64,000 nucleotides of DNA, taken from Coleofasciculus chthonoplastes F2-STO-03 (GTDB lineage Bacteria; Cyanobacteriota; Cyanobacteriia; Cyanobacteriales; Coleofasciculaceae). The notes below the pieces were generated by a model. The model was not told the origin of the DNA and made no database searches. It was given only the letters and a program-made list of their open reading frames with translations. Below, piece by piece: positions 9,949 through 19,951 of the stretch. The stretch's first letter is position 1. The number at the start of each line of letters is the position of its first letter. Where the stretch lies: positions 14,497 to 78,496 of the forward strand of contig JAVJWO010000071.1 in NCBI GenBank assembly GCA_040222015.1, read 5' to 3'. A program made the translations under genes and the position numbers.

Positions 9949-11818
9949 CGCTGCGACTAAAATTGGTAACCGTTATAAACTGCAAAACGCTTTAACCCAA
10001 CCCAGAGAAATAGGGTTAACCTTTCATATTTTATTTTGGTTCAGTTTAAGCTTAATCATCACCGCAATTTACAGTGGGTTAGCACTGCGAGAAGCATTTA
10101 GTCATCCCTATATCGTTCAAGATGATGCCCGTCAGCATATTTTTTGGATGCAACGGTTCATTGATGGCGGATTATTTCCCCATGACTTAATTGCCGATTA
10201 TTTCCAATCCGTTGCCCCTGTGGGATACAGTACGATTTACCGCATCGCCGCCGCTGTAGGTATCCATCCCTTTCTCTTCAACAAACTCTTACCGCCAATT
10301 CTCGGCGCGATCGCGACAGGGTACTGTTTTTGCATATCCCTACAACTCCTACCCGTACCTGCGGCTGGCTTTATCACCACAGTACTACTCAATCAAAGTC
10401 TTTGGATGAAAGATGATCTAATCTCAGCCACCCCCAGAGCCTTTGTTTACCCCCTATTCCTCGCCTTCTTATACTACTTACTACGCCAATCTCTACTACC
10501 TTGCCTAACCACAATCATCCTATTATCTCTATTCTATCCCCAATACCTATTAATTTGTGCCGCCCTATTCACCCTGCAACTCCTCACCAAAAAAAACTCA
10601 CTTATACGAACCTCTGCGCCCCTCCGCGCTTACCTCTGCGCCCCTCTGCGTTTCCAAAAAACCGTCAATCTACACCCCCATTCCCTATCCACAATCGGTC
10701 TAATCATAGCCCTAATCGCCATTTCCGCCTACGCCCTCATTCCCGGAAAATTCGATCCAGTCATCACCGCCACTCAAGCCAAACAATTACCAGAATTTTG
10801 GGGAAATGGGCGCAGTTATTTTTTCAGTAATAACCCCTGGTATTTCTTTTTTCTCAGTCCCCGCAGTGGTATATTAGACGTAGGCTTCGTTAGACCTGCA
10901 ACTTTAAGTTTAGGCATACTATTACCCATTCTATACCGACATCCCAACTCATTTCCCCTAGTTAAATCTATTTCCCCTCAGATCCGAGTATTAGCTCAAG
11001 TTTTTTGTGCCTCTCTATTAATATTCATCACTGCCCATCTGCTACTATTTAACCTGCATCTTCCCAGTCGTTATACAGAACATAGCTTTCGTATTCTTTT
11101 ATCCGTATCAGCCGGGATGGTTTTAACAATCACGCTGGATGCTATTTTGAGAACAGATTGCCATCCCGCAAAACTCAAAAAATTCTACCTTGGTCGAGGC
11201 AGGTTTAGTGACAGCAGGGCGAAAAGAAACAATAATGGAGAAACCCGCCCCTACTCAAAACTCAGAATTTACCACTACCTAACCATTAGCTTCATCACAG
11301 TAGCATTACTTTTCTATCCCTACTTAGTGAAACCCTTTCCGTTAACCAAATACAAAGACGGTCATTTTCCTGCTTTGTATCAATTCTTTCAACAGCAACC
11401 GAAAGATAGTTTAATTGCCTCGGTATCAGAAGAGGCAGATAATCTACCCACCTTTGCCCAACGATCTATTTTAGTCGGGCGGGAATATGCGATTCCTTAT
11501 CATTGGGGGTATTATCGTCAATTTCGCCAACGCACAATTGACTTAATTAAAGCCCAGTACAGTGCTGATTTAGAGGAGGTGAAACAGTTTATCCAACTTT
11601 ATGGAGTAGATTTTTGGCTATTAGACAATACTGCCTTCACGCCAGAGTATCTAGCCAATCATGATTGGCTGCGAGACTATCAACCTGTCACGTTAGAGGC
11701 GCAAAAGAGGCTAACTCAGGGAATCACTCCAGCATTAGCTGGGATAGTTGAGGATTGTTCGGTGTTTCAGATGGAGAGATTTGTCGTGTTAAAAACCACT
11801 TGTATAAATCAATTGTAG
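9941..11818 (+). CDS. Multi-TM membrane protein, possibly a GT-C-type glycosyltransferase; start uncertain
   Basis: Long hydrophobic ORF with VQDDARQH loop motif; two in-frame repeat insertions. Confidence 0.65.
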   Translation: MSDAATKIGNRYKLQNALTQPREIGLTFHILFWFSLSLIITAIYSGLALREAFSHPYIVQDDARQHIFWMQRFIDGGLFPHDLIADYFQSVAPVGYSTIYRIAAAVGIHPFLFNKLLPPILGAIATGYCFCISLQLLPVPAAGFITTVLLNQSLWMKDDLISATPRAFVYPLFLAFLYYLLRQSLLPCLTTIILLSLFYPQYLLICAALFTLQLLTKKNSLIRTSAPLRAYLCAPLRFQKTVNLHPHSLSTIGLIIALIAISAYALIPGKFDPVITATQAKQLPEFWGNGRSYFFSNNPWYFFFLSPRSGILDVGFVRPATLSLGILLPILYRHPNSFPLVKSISPQIRVLAQVFCASLLIFITAHLLLFNLHLPSRYTEHSFRILLSVSAGMVLTITLDAILRTDCHPAKLKKFYLGRGRFSDSRAKRNNNGETRPYSKLRIYHYLTISFITVALLFYPYLVKPFPLTKYKDGHFPALYQFFQQQPKDSLIASVSEEADNLPTFAQRSILVGREYAIPYHWGYYRQFRQRTIDLIKAQYSADLEEVKQFIQLYGVDFWLLDNTAFTPEYLANHDWLRDYQPVTLEAQKRLTQGITPALAGIVEDCSVFQMERFVVLKTTCINQL

Positions 11819-12017
11819 GGGCGGGTTTTACTGCTATCTTTTCGGTTGCACCCAAATGCGACTAAACCCGCCCTTGCTCAGGAAAGGGCGACTCCCAGAC
11901 GCGCCAAGGCGCGTCTCTACATTGCTCCCAGACGCGCCATGGCACGTCTCTACATTGCTCCCTGCAGCAGACCCTAGACTAAGGCAGGCATAGTTTTATG
12001 ATCATCAATGCCTTCCC

Positions 12018-13418
12018 TCAGCGCCCGATTTCCACCTCTTCAAGGATGCCCAGTGCGTCAGGGACAAGCACGGCTACAGAATAGTAAACGCTGAGCAGAT
12101 AAGACATAATCGCCTTTTCGTTGATACCCATGAACCGAACAGACAGGCTGGGTTGGTATTCGTCGGGGATACCCGTTTGGTGTAAACCAACCACACCTTC
12201 ATTCTCCTCACCGATGCGGAGTGCCAGGATAGAGCTAGTACCAGTTTTCGTAATCGGAATCTTGTTGCAGGGAAAGATGGGAACGCTGCGCCAACCGAAG
12301 ATCATCTGCCCGTTTACCTCAACACTCTGGGGATAAATGCCACGGTGGTTACATTCCCGACCAAAGGCAGCAATGGTGCGGGGGTGAGCCAGGAAGAACT
12401 TCGTCTTCTTCCGCAGAGAGAGGAGTTCATCCAGATCATTTGGGGCAGGTGGACCGGTGCGGGTAAAAATGCGCTCCTTGAGATCCGCATTGTGCAATAA
12501 CCCGAATTCGCGGTTATTAATCACTTCGTATTCCTGCCGTTCCCGCAACGCCTCAATCGTCAGCCGTAACTGTTGCTCAACCTGATTTATGGGTTCATTG
12601 TACAGGTCAGCCACTCGTGTGTTGACCCGCAAAATGCTTTGAGCCACACTCAACTCATACTCGCGCGGTGTTAAGTCGTAATCCACAAACGTCCCTGGCA
12701 GCTCGGTTTCCGCCGGATGTCCCGCTGACATAGCGATCGCGGCTTGACCGTGTTTGTCCTGGGGCTGTCTCAACCGGGCTCTAAATTGATCGACCTGAGC
12801 CTGGAGCGCCTCAGACTGGTTGAGTAACTGCCGAAATGCCTGAATCGGCAGGGATAATACTGTACAACTCGTTACCGCCCGTAGAGTGACCTTCCAACTC
12901 TCCTGGGACTCAACCATACCTTGGTCGCCAAAATGGTCACCGTCGGCGAGTACATCTCGTAAAGCGTCTTCCTCATATTTTCCCGGTGTCATCTTGTTGA
13001 CTTTACCGTGAACAATGAGTAACACTTGATCGGCGGGTTGACCCGCTTGGACAATCACCTCACCTGCGGCAAACTCTTGTTGCACAAATCGGTCAGCTAA
13101 GGTATTTAACACCTCAACATCGTCAAACCCGCGCAGTAAGGGTAGCTCACATAGGGATTCGGGAATCACCCGCACTTCGGTTCCCGTATTAGTAAAGCTG
13201 ACTCGTCCATCCCCGACGGTATAGCGCAACCGACGGTTCACCCGATAAGTACCCCCCTTGATCTGCACCCAGGGCAACATCTTTAACAGCCACCGTGGGG
13301 TGATGCCTTGCATCTGCGGCACGGTTTTGGTCGTGGTTGCCAAATTCCGGGCGGCGGCTGTGTTCAAACTCATCTGCGGCTGTTCACTCTCAACCTGCAA
13401 ATTGGCGGCATCTGTCAT
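12018..13418 (-). CDS. Family 2B encapsulin shell protein with cNMP-binding domain (cnbB/geoB-like)
   Basis: [33 protein letters not shown] insertion, [27 protein letters not shown] before ATG 13418. Confidence 0.92.
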   Translation of the reverse strand: MTDAANLQVESEQPQMSLNTAAARNLATTTKTVPQMQGITPRWLLKMLPWVQIKGGTYRVNRRLRYTVGDGRVSFTNTGTEVRVIPESLCELPLLRGFDDVEVLNTLADRFVQQEFAAGEVIVQAGQPADQVLLIVHGKVNKMTPGKYEEDALRDVLADGDHFGDQGMVESQESWKVTLRAVTSCTVLSLPIQAFRQLLNQSEALQAQVDQFRARLRQPQDKHGQAAIAMSAGHPAETELPGTFVDYDLTPREYELSVAQSILRVNTRVADLYNEPINQVEQQLRLTIEALRERQEYEVINNREFGLLHNADLKERIFTRTGPPAPNDLDELLSLRKKTKFFLAHPRTIAAFGRECNHRGIYPQSVEVNGQMIFGWRSVPIFPCNKIPITKTGTSSILALRIGEENEGVVGLHQTGIPDEYQPSLSVRFMGINEKAIMSYLLSVYYSVAVLVPDALGILEEVEIGR

Positions 13419-13872
13419 AAAAACTCCTTCGCTGTGGGAAACCCTGTGTCTAAAGACCAGGGAGGAACACGCGGTAGCGGTTTTAACCGCATACTTTTTT
13501 AGGGGGTGGAGGGGTATGGTTGCCCCTCCAATTGTCTCCCATTTCTGGGGTAAAGTTAGCCTCGCCAATGTTATCAGTCGGTAACTATCCAAAAAGCACT
13601 GTTTCAGTGACCTTAAAACTGTTTAACTTTTTGGTTCTAGAGCAGTAGACTGGCTATCGCATCTACTGGTAGGTCTTTAACACTTGCCGATAACGTAGTG
13701 CGCTTAGCACTTAGGCTGGTAAGCACAGCTTTAACTTACTTGGCTAAAGCTCCGTGTCCCTTCGCTTCGCTCGAGGGCAAGCTTTAGACCGGGGTTGCTT
13801 ACAACTTAATACTCCATACTGCTCGTAACTCACAAAAAGACCTAAGACCAAAGAAGGGCGGGTTGAATGTAG

Positions 13873-14228
13873 GGGCGGGTTTTACTACTATCATTGGCGG
13901 GTTGCACCCAGATATGAATAAACCCGCCCCGACTTGCTCCTTAATTAGTAGTAGGGTGGGCACTGCCCACCAGGGGTGTCAACTTAAGCCACAACCCTTG
14001 CCCCTTCTAATTTTCAGCGATGGGGTTCCTGCTCCCTCGGCTGATAGCGATCGCCACCGGAAAAGGGCGGGTTTAGTCAAGTTATCAGTTGTTGCCATAA
14101 GTTATCTGTAAAACCCGCCCCTACATTCCCTACATCCCCTGCTCTCCTGAAGGGCGGGTTTTACTACTATCATTGGCGGGTTGCACCCAGATATGAATAA
14201 ACCCGCCCCGACTTGTTCCTTAATTAGT
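13873..14228. repeat. 77-bp direct repeat (13873-13949 / 14152-14228) within a REP-like cluster
   Basis: Identical except for one base; both are GGGCGGGTTT..AAACCCGCCC hairpins. Confidence 0.9.
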
Positions 14229-14257
14229 CCTCGGTAGACAGCGTTCTCACCTTCTGT

Positions 14258-15667
14258 CTAACGACCGACTTCGACATCTTCAAGGATGCCCAGGGCGTCG
14301 GGGACGAGGACGGCGGTGGAGTAGTAGGCACTGATTAGGTAGGAGATGATCGCCTTTTCGTTGATGCCCATGAACCGGACAGACAGACTGGGTTGGTATT
14401 CGTCGGGGATACCGGTTTTGTGGAGACCGATGACACCTTGGTTAGCTTCTCCCACACGCATCAACATGAAGGAGCTAGTCCGGGTATTGGAGATGGGAAT
14501 CTTGTTGCTGGGAAAGATGGGGATGCCACGCCAAGCGGGTACTGAGCTGTTGCCCATGGGGACAGTGTTGGGATAGAGTCCCATACGGTTGCACTCCCGA
14601 CCAAAGGCTGCGATCGCGCGGGGGTGGGCGAGGAAAAAGCTCGGCTCTTTCCAGACAATGGAGATTAGTTCATCCAGATCATCTGGGGTGGGTGGACCAC
14701 TACGGGTAAAGATGCGCTGTTTCAGGTCTGCATTGTGCAGCAACCCAAAGTCGCGGTTATTAATCAGTTCATGTTCCTGCTGTTCCCGCAATGTCTCAAT
14801 CGTCAGCCGCAATTGCTGCTCAGTCTGATTCATCGGTTCGTTGTACAAGTCAGACACTCGCGAGTTGACCCGCAACACCGTTTGAGCCAAGCTCAACTCA
14901 TACTCACGGGGAGCGGCTTCATAATCTACGAAGGTTCCAGGCAATGGGGTTTCACTCTGATGTCCTGCAGATAAATCGATCAAGGCTTCCCCTTCGGCGC
15001 TCTGGGGTTTGCTCAGGCTAGCGCGGTATTGATCAACCTGAACCTGCAAGGTTTCAGATTGGCTAACCAACTGCCGAAACGCCTCTTCCGGTAGTGACAA
15101 AACAATACAGCGAGTAACGGCTTGTAGGCTAACGTCCCAGGTATCTTCCGACTGCACAACGGCTTGATCCCCAAAATGGTCGCCGTCAGCCAGCACCCCT
15201 AAGACGACTTCATCACCATATTTTCCAGATCCAATCACGTTCACTTTACCATGGGCAATCAGGATGACCTGGTCTGCCGATTGACCCGCCTGAATGATCA
15301 CATCACCGGCGGCAAATTCTTGCTGCACAAATCGGTCTGCCAAAGCTGTCAACACATCGTCATCGTCGAACCCCCGCAGCAACGGCAGTTCACACAGTTC
15401 TTGGGGAATCACGCGGATATCAGCCCCAACGTTGGTGAAGGTAACGCGCCCATCGCCAACGGTATAGGTAAACCGACGGTTCACCCGATAGGCACCACCG
15501 ACGACTTGTATCCAGGGCAGCATTTTCAACAACCACCGTGACGAAATGCCCTGCATCTGGGGCTTGGTTTTGGTGGTGGTTGCCAAATTCCGGGCAGCGG
15601 CTGTGTTTAAGCTCAACTGCGGTTGATTATTTTGATTGTCTACGGGCGTATTCGCTGCATCTGTCAT
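14258..15667 (-). CDS. Family 2B encapsulin shell protein with cNMP-binding domain (cnbA-like)
   Basis: Paralog of 12018-13418 with the same shell and CBD motifs. Confidence 0.92.
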   Translation of the reverse strand: MTDAANTPVDNQNNQPQLSLNTAAARNLATTTKTKPQMQGISSRWLLKMLPWIQVVGGAYRVNRRFTYTVGDGRVTFTNVGADIRVIPQELCELPLLRGFDDDDVLTALADRFVQQEFAAGDVIIQAGQSADQVILIAHGKVNVIGSGKYGDEVVLGVLADGDHFGDQAVVQSEDTWDVSLQAVTRCIVLSLPEEAFRQLVSQSETLQVQVDQYRASLSKPQSAEGEALIDLSAGHQSETPLPGTFVDYEAAPREYELSLAQTVLRVNSRVSDLYNEPMNQTEQQLRLTIETLREQQEHELINNRDFGLLHNADLKQRIFTRSGPPTPDDLDELISIVWKEPSFFLAHPRAIAAFGRECNRMGLYPNTVPMGNSSVPAWRGIPIFPSNKIPISNTRTSSFMLMRVGEANQGVIGLHKTGIPDEYQPSLSVRFMGINEKAIISYLISAYYSTAVLVPDALGILEDVEVGR

Positions 15668-15798
15668 GATGATTTCCTTTGGTTAATGTTAGTTAATGTT
15701 TGTTAACAAAGACATCCTTGGAAGTACGAGCTTGGTTACCAAGCCCCTACGGTTCCGGCTTCATCCTGGTGGTGACGACACCTTCCGCTCTACAGAAC

Positions 15799-16977
15799 TT
15801 AGACAATCTTGGACATACCTAGATTGAGGTCTGCTTCCTGCTTCATCGACTCCCACTGCCCACAGGCTGTAACGAGCGAGTCTCCACAAGCTACCACCGT
15901 CGAGCTGACGGCAGGGGTATAGTGTTCCAGATTGACCAAGGCGTTGAAATCTTGGTCTTTTTTCATACCACAGCACGAACAAGAAAATGTGCGAATGTGC
16001 AATGGCATCTGCTGTTGGTGGGAGTATTCAGAACACAACTGACTGAATGGATAGAATCGAGAAGCTACAATTACTTCGGCTCCGTACCAGGAGGCTTTGT
16101 ACAGCAATTGGCGTTTGAATTCGTAGCATCCACAATCGGCTATGGCTGAGGCTAACCGATGGTTTTTGTGCCTCCCAGAACCATGCAAATCCTCAATCAC
16201 AATGGTGCTGTGGTTCTTAGCTAACCATGTCGTGAGTTTATGCAAGGCATCGGCGCGAACGTTAGCGACTCGCCGATGTTGTTTAGCCAGTCGGTTGCTC
16301 GCTTTTTGACGGTTGGATGAGCCTTTTACCTTTCGGCTCAGGGTACGTTGCAGGCGAACTAACCGACCCTTGGCTTTTTGATAGGCTTTGACGTTCTCTA
16401 CCTCGGTTCCATCGGAACAGGTGGAGAGTCGATTAATTCCTACATCTACGCCGATTCTATCACGAATTTTCGCTGTGGTTTGGATATCTTTTTCGTAGCT
16501 GAAACTGATGTACCAATCCTGAGCCAGTTTACTTATAGTGACATTTTTTACAGTAACACTTGGCGGTATTTCATGACAAGTTACCCAGCCAATTTGAGGT
16601 AAGTTGATCCGATTTCCACTAATTTTGATCCTGCCTTCTAAGTAGAAGCTGTCCTTGTTTCCCTTCTTTTTGAATTTGGGTTTCTGGGATACCTTTGACA
16701 CCAACCATCGCTGGAATGCCGTGGCTAGATGTCGCAGCGCTTGTTGAGGGCTACAGGGGGAAACCTCATCGTACCAAGGGTTTACAGATTTCACCTCGGC
16801 GACTAAACGCTGATGGAGGTCAATCGCCGTTGGCAGTTTTTCTTTATTGTCTAACGCTGTAAGACATAAAGAAAGTCCCCAGTTCCAAGCATGACGTGCT
16901 GTGCCTGCGTGTTTAGCTAACAAGGTTGCCTGCTTGTTATTAAGCTTGAGTTTGGTTTTAAAGCTTACTTGCGGCAT
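15799..16977 (-). CDS. tnpB: TnpB RNA-guided nuclease, probably decaying
   Basis: N-terminal HTH, GVDVG / IEDL / DQDFN RuvC motifs; first Zn-finger pair degenerate (CSEY). Confidence 0.88.
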   Translation of the reverse strand: MPQVSFKTKLKLNNKQATLLAKHAGTARHAWNWGLSLCLTALDNKEKLPTAIDLHQRLVAEVKSVNPWYDEVSPCSPQQALRHLATAFQRWLVSKVSQKPKFKKKGNKDSFYLEGRIKISGNRINLPQIGWVTCHEIPPSVTVKNVTISKLAQDWYISFSYEKDIQTTAKIRDRIGVDVGINRLSTCSDGTEVENVKAYQKAKGRLVRLQRTLSRKVKGSSNRQKASNRLAKQHRRVANVRADALHKLTTWLAKNHSTIVIEDLHGSGRHKNHRLASAIADCGCYEFKRQLLYKASWYGAEVIVASRFYPFSQLCSEYSHQQQMPLHIRTFSCSCCGMKKDQDFNALVNLEHYTPAVSSTVVACGDSLVTACGQWESMKQEADLNLGMSKIV

Positions 16978-17113
16978 CTTTCCATGGCTCTACTATTTGC
17001 TTGTTTTTCTGTGACCGAGACTCATAGAATCTGGCAGAAAATACAGTAATTATCTCGAAAATATCTGATTGGTCTGAGCTAGATACTCGCGCATAACCGA
17101 TGGTTTTTCTGCT
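16958..17113 (-). pseudogene. tnpA: IS607 TnpA serine recombinase remnant
   Basis: Reads RKTIGYARVSSSDQ joined to DIFEIITVFSARFYESRSQKNKQIVEPWKDAASKL*; HTH and central region missing. Confidence 0.8.
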
Positions 17114-17269
17114 TGTCGAATTTTGTAGAACATTGTCTAATTAAAGCCCTTCATTTTTACCCCCTGTATCTAAACCCGTAATTTCGCCAAATTAGCTTTT
17201 GGTTCCTTAGGACTTACGCTTTTTTGACGGCACAGGCGCTACCTGTAGGGGCTCTTCTTTGCCGTGCCC

Positions 17270-19951
17270 CTACCATAAATGGCGTTTGTGCGTAAGTCCT
17301 GTTCCTAACAATGAGCTAATCTGCATCACTGACGTGCCTAATCCCACCGGAAGACTGGGTAAAGTCTCCGCCACTGGCTCCGCCTCGGTTTCTGGCTCGG
17401 GAGTATCCGCTAAACTGGCTGCAATCTGCATCGCTGACGTGCCTAATCCCACCGGAAGACTAGGTAAAGTTTCTGCCTCTGGCTCCGCTTCGGTTTCTGG
17501 CTGGGGAGTCTCCGCTAAACTGGCGGCAATCTGCATCGCTGACGTGCCTAACCCTGTGGGAAGACTAGGTAAACTCTCCGCCACTGGCTCCGCTTCGGTT
17601 TCTGGCTGGGGAGTCTCGGCTAAGCTGGCGGCAATCTGCATCGCTGATGTACCTAACCCTGTCGGACTATTCAGGAAATTATGCACTATCGGCTGAGCAT
17701 CGGGTTCAGTTTTTGGCTCACCGACTGAACTCGAGCTAAGCCGGGTAGCCGAAGTACCTAGCCCCGTTAGCGCACCAAACGGTTGTCCTTTAACTGCAGA
17801 GAGACCTTGCGGCGCGGTGTTGATATAGCGGTTCGAGTTATAGTGCCACTCGTAGCAGCCAGCTATCCAGACCTGCAACCCATCAATGTAGTCATACACT
17901 TGCTTACGGGCATCGGCATCTAGTCCCAGTTCTTCCAGCAAAGCGGGTATTTCAGTGTCCACGATGTACTCAAACTGCTTCAGGCGAGCTGTGATCAGTC
18001 GCACAAGCGTGTTCACTGTCTCCTGCACATCAACGCCGAGGAATCGCTGCGCTACCACCACGGCGTGGTTGATTTCCCTTTCATACTCAACTCTCCGTGG
18101 ATAGGCTACCACATCGTTGTGCGTGTTAGTCACATCCCCAAACGCCTTGTCCAGTGCAACCATCTGTGGTCCTAAGTAGATCTCTGATGGACGTTCAATG
18201 TCAATAGCAAATATGACAAGGATAATGGAGATACGAGTGAACGCTGTACTTAACCTCATCTCAATGTAATCCACCGGATCAGCCGTTCGGTTTAAGGTTA
18301 AGTTGGTGATCTCCCAGATATGGCTGTCAATGTAGTCCTGCACAGAGACCGCTAGATCATGCTGCATCTCTGTAGACATGGCGCTGGTGGATCGCTCCCA
18401 CAGATCAGCCAAAGACCACTCCACTTGGTTGGTTGGGATCAACGTTACAGAGTGATCTATCGGCATGAACTCCTTTAGCCGGGACAGGAAGATCTTGGCA
18501 CCAAACAGATCCCGACGGCGCTTGAACACCTCCAAGAAATAGTCTTTCATGTACCACCCCCAGACGTGCCAGTCATTGATCAGCTCTAGCTTAGGCAGCG
18601 ATGCATCAGGGGTGGTCAGGGCTGTGAACAAGGCGAATTCGGCGGAATCCCACTTGTCTTCATTCCAATTTCCCCACTTGCCGCGCAGATCCGGGAGCGA
18701 CCCCAAGAACCCCATTTCCCTTGCCCATTCTTTAGCATGTTTGCGTACTGCGTCCACGAGTGGACTCATGCGAACAGAGAACGGCATGTAGAACTCGGGT
18801 AGATCAAACGGCTCTGGTTCAAGGGGGACAGACATGAAGCTTCGTAGCCGCAGCCCTATCATCGAGGGCGATAAGCCAATACGCGCCGCCGCCGTACCTA
18901 AGCCTTTAGGTCCTCCAAGTGGCGACTCTGTCTTGGATTCAGCGGGTAGGTATCGACCTCCAGGTCGGATCTCCCACTCCAGATCTCCAGCCATCCAATC
19001 CCGGAGCGCCTTCACATAAGACATTACTCGCTGACGGGCTGCACCATCCACTATGTACTCATTCAACATTGGTTCAAGTTCCACAGTCATGGTGTACTCG
19101 AACTGGTTCAGTCGCGAGTTGACAATATCATTGACGAAGTTCACAGCTTTCTGTAAATCAGTTTCCAGAAAGTGTTCCGTCACCACTACACAGTTATTGA
19201 CCTTGCCTTCGTCGATGTCCTTCTGGTAGGAAATGATGTCGTTGCGTAGACCGACGCTATCCGCGTAGGACTCATTGAGTACCTGGATCGGTCGCGTGTC
19301 ATAGATCTCTGGTGGGATCTCAACCGTTAGGGAGTGTTCGACCAAGTCTGCCGACCAAAACACCCCGCCTATCTGACGGCGCAGCGTGATGTATTCGACT
19401 GGATCGAGTATCCGTTCCTGGTTATTGCCCGTGTTGAACAGTTCTCGTAGGTTGGCTTCTGCCATGACTCGGATGTGTTCAACAAACCGCTGTCGCCACT
19501 GCACTGACATAGTTGGCGCGGTACGAGGCCACAGATCCGCTAGGGCGTATTCAGTCGGGTTCTGGGACTCCGGTATAGGAGTGGCTAGATCGGTCGGCAT
19601 AAAAGACAGCAGTCGAGTCAGATACGCCTTCGCCTCTTTTATATCTGAACTTCCACCCTCGAATGCTCGCGGAAAGTAGTCATCGACAAACCACCCCCAA
19701 ACATACCAATCGCTGAGTAAGTCCAACTCCAATGCGGGTGCATCTGGGTGAGTGGCGGCAGCAAAGCCGGCGAAATCCATCGCATCAAAGGTTTCTTCAT
19801 CCCATACAGCATCCTCATCCGATTCCAGGATGCCCATCCGATACGCCCACTCCTTGCAGTGTATGCGTGCCCCCTGTACATTGGGGTTCACACGCGCGGG
19901 CCAAGGCATGTAAAAATCAGGTAATTTAAAGGGTGGCTGGCTTGATGTCAT
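17270..19951 (-). CDS. Divergent two-domain class I terpene cyclase (geosmin synthase GeoA-like) with C-terminal repeat tail
   Basis: PFKLPDFYMPWPAR start, two cyclase domains, GGPKGLGTAAARI linker; motifs DDYFP/NDIISYQKD and KDYFLE/NDVVAYPRR; start ATG 19951 preferred. Confidence 0.88.
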   Translation of the reverse strand: MTSSQPPFKLPDFYMPWPARVNPNVQGARIHCKEWAYRMGILESDEDAVWDEETFDAMDFAGFAAATHPDAPALELDLLSDWYVWGWFVDDYFPRAFEGGSSDIKEAKAYLTRLLSFMPTDLATPIPESQNPTEYALADLWPRTAPTMSVQWRQRFVEHIRVMAEANLRELFNTGNNQERILDPVEYITLRRQIGGVFWSADLVEHSLTVEIPPEIYDTRPIQVLNESYADSVGLRNDIISYQKDIDEGKVNNCVVVTEHFLETDLQKAVNFVNDIVNSRLNQFEYTMTVELEPMLNEYIVDGAARQRVMSYVKALRDWMAGDLEWEIRPGGRYLPAESKTESPLGGPKGLGTAAARIGLSPSMIGLRLRSFMSVPLEPEPFDLPEFYMPFSVRMSPLVDAVRKHAKEWAREMGFLGSLPDLRGKWGNWNEDKWDSAEFALFTALTTPDASLPKLELINDWHVWGWYMKDYFLEVFKRRRDLFGAKIFLSRLKEFMPIDHSVTLIPTNQVEWSLADLWERSTSAMSTEMQHDLAVSVQDYIDSHIWEITNLTLNRTADPVDYIEMRLSTAFTRISIILVIFAIDIERPSEIYLGPQMVALDKAFGDVTNTHNDVVAYPRRVEYEREINHAVVVAQRFLGVDVQETVNTLVRLITARLKQFEYIVDTEIPALLEELGLDADARKQVYDYIDGLQVWIAGCYEWHYNSNRYINTAPQGLSAVKGQPFGALTGLGTSATRLSSSSVGEPKTEPDAQPIVHNFLNSPTGLGTSAMQIAASLAETPQPETEAEPVAESLPSLPTGLGTSAMQIAASLAETPQPETEAEPEAETLPSLPVGLGTSAMQIAASLADTPEPETEAEPVAETLPSLPVGLGTSVMQISSLLGTGLTHKRHLW
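17318..17665 (-). repeat. 105-bp tandem repeat (~3.3 copies) encoding 35-aa P(T/V)GLGTSAMQI units
   Basis: AATCTGCATC recurs at 17318, 17423, 17528 and 17633. Confidence 0.95.

Larger units (their letters stand above)
15785..17148 (-). mobile_element. IS607-family element with deleted tnpA and full-length tnpB
   Basis: Both ends carry TTAGACAA/TCTACA motifs and end at GG; tnpA remnant overlaps tnpB start. Confidence 0.75.

Noticed and set aside
13419..13592. 58-aa N-terminal extension of the encapsulin
   Set aside because: The paralog starts at MTDAAN and a good RBS precedes 13418.
17318..17665. Regular repeats as a CRISPR array
   Set aside because: The whole 105-bp units are near-identical with no unique spacers, and they are in-frame coding sequence.
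17259..17696. Repetitive 145-aa plus-strand ORF
   Set aside because: Antisense shadow of the cyclase repeat tail.
17270..19951. Naming the cyclase geoA
   Set aside because: The catalytic motifs deviate too far to assert geosmin synthase function.
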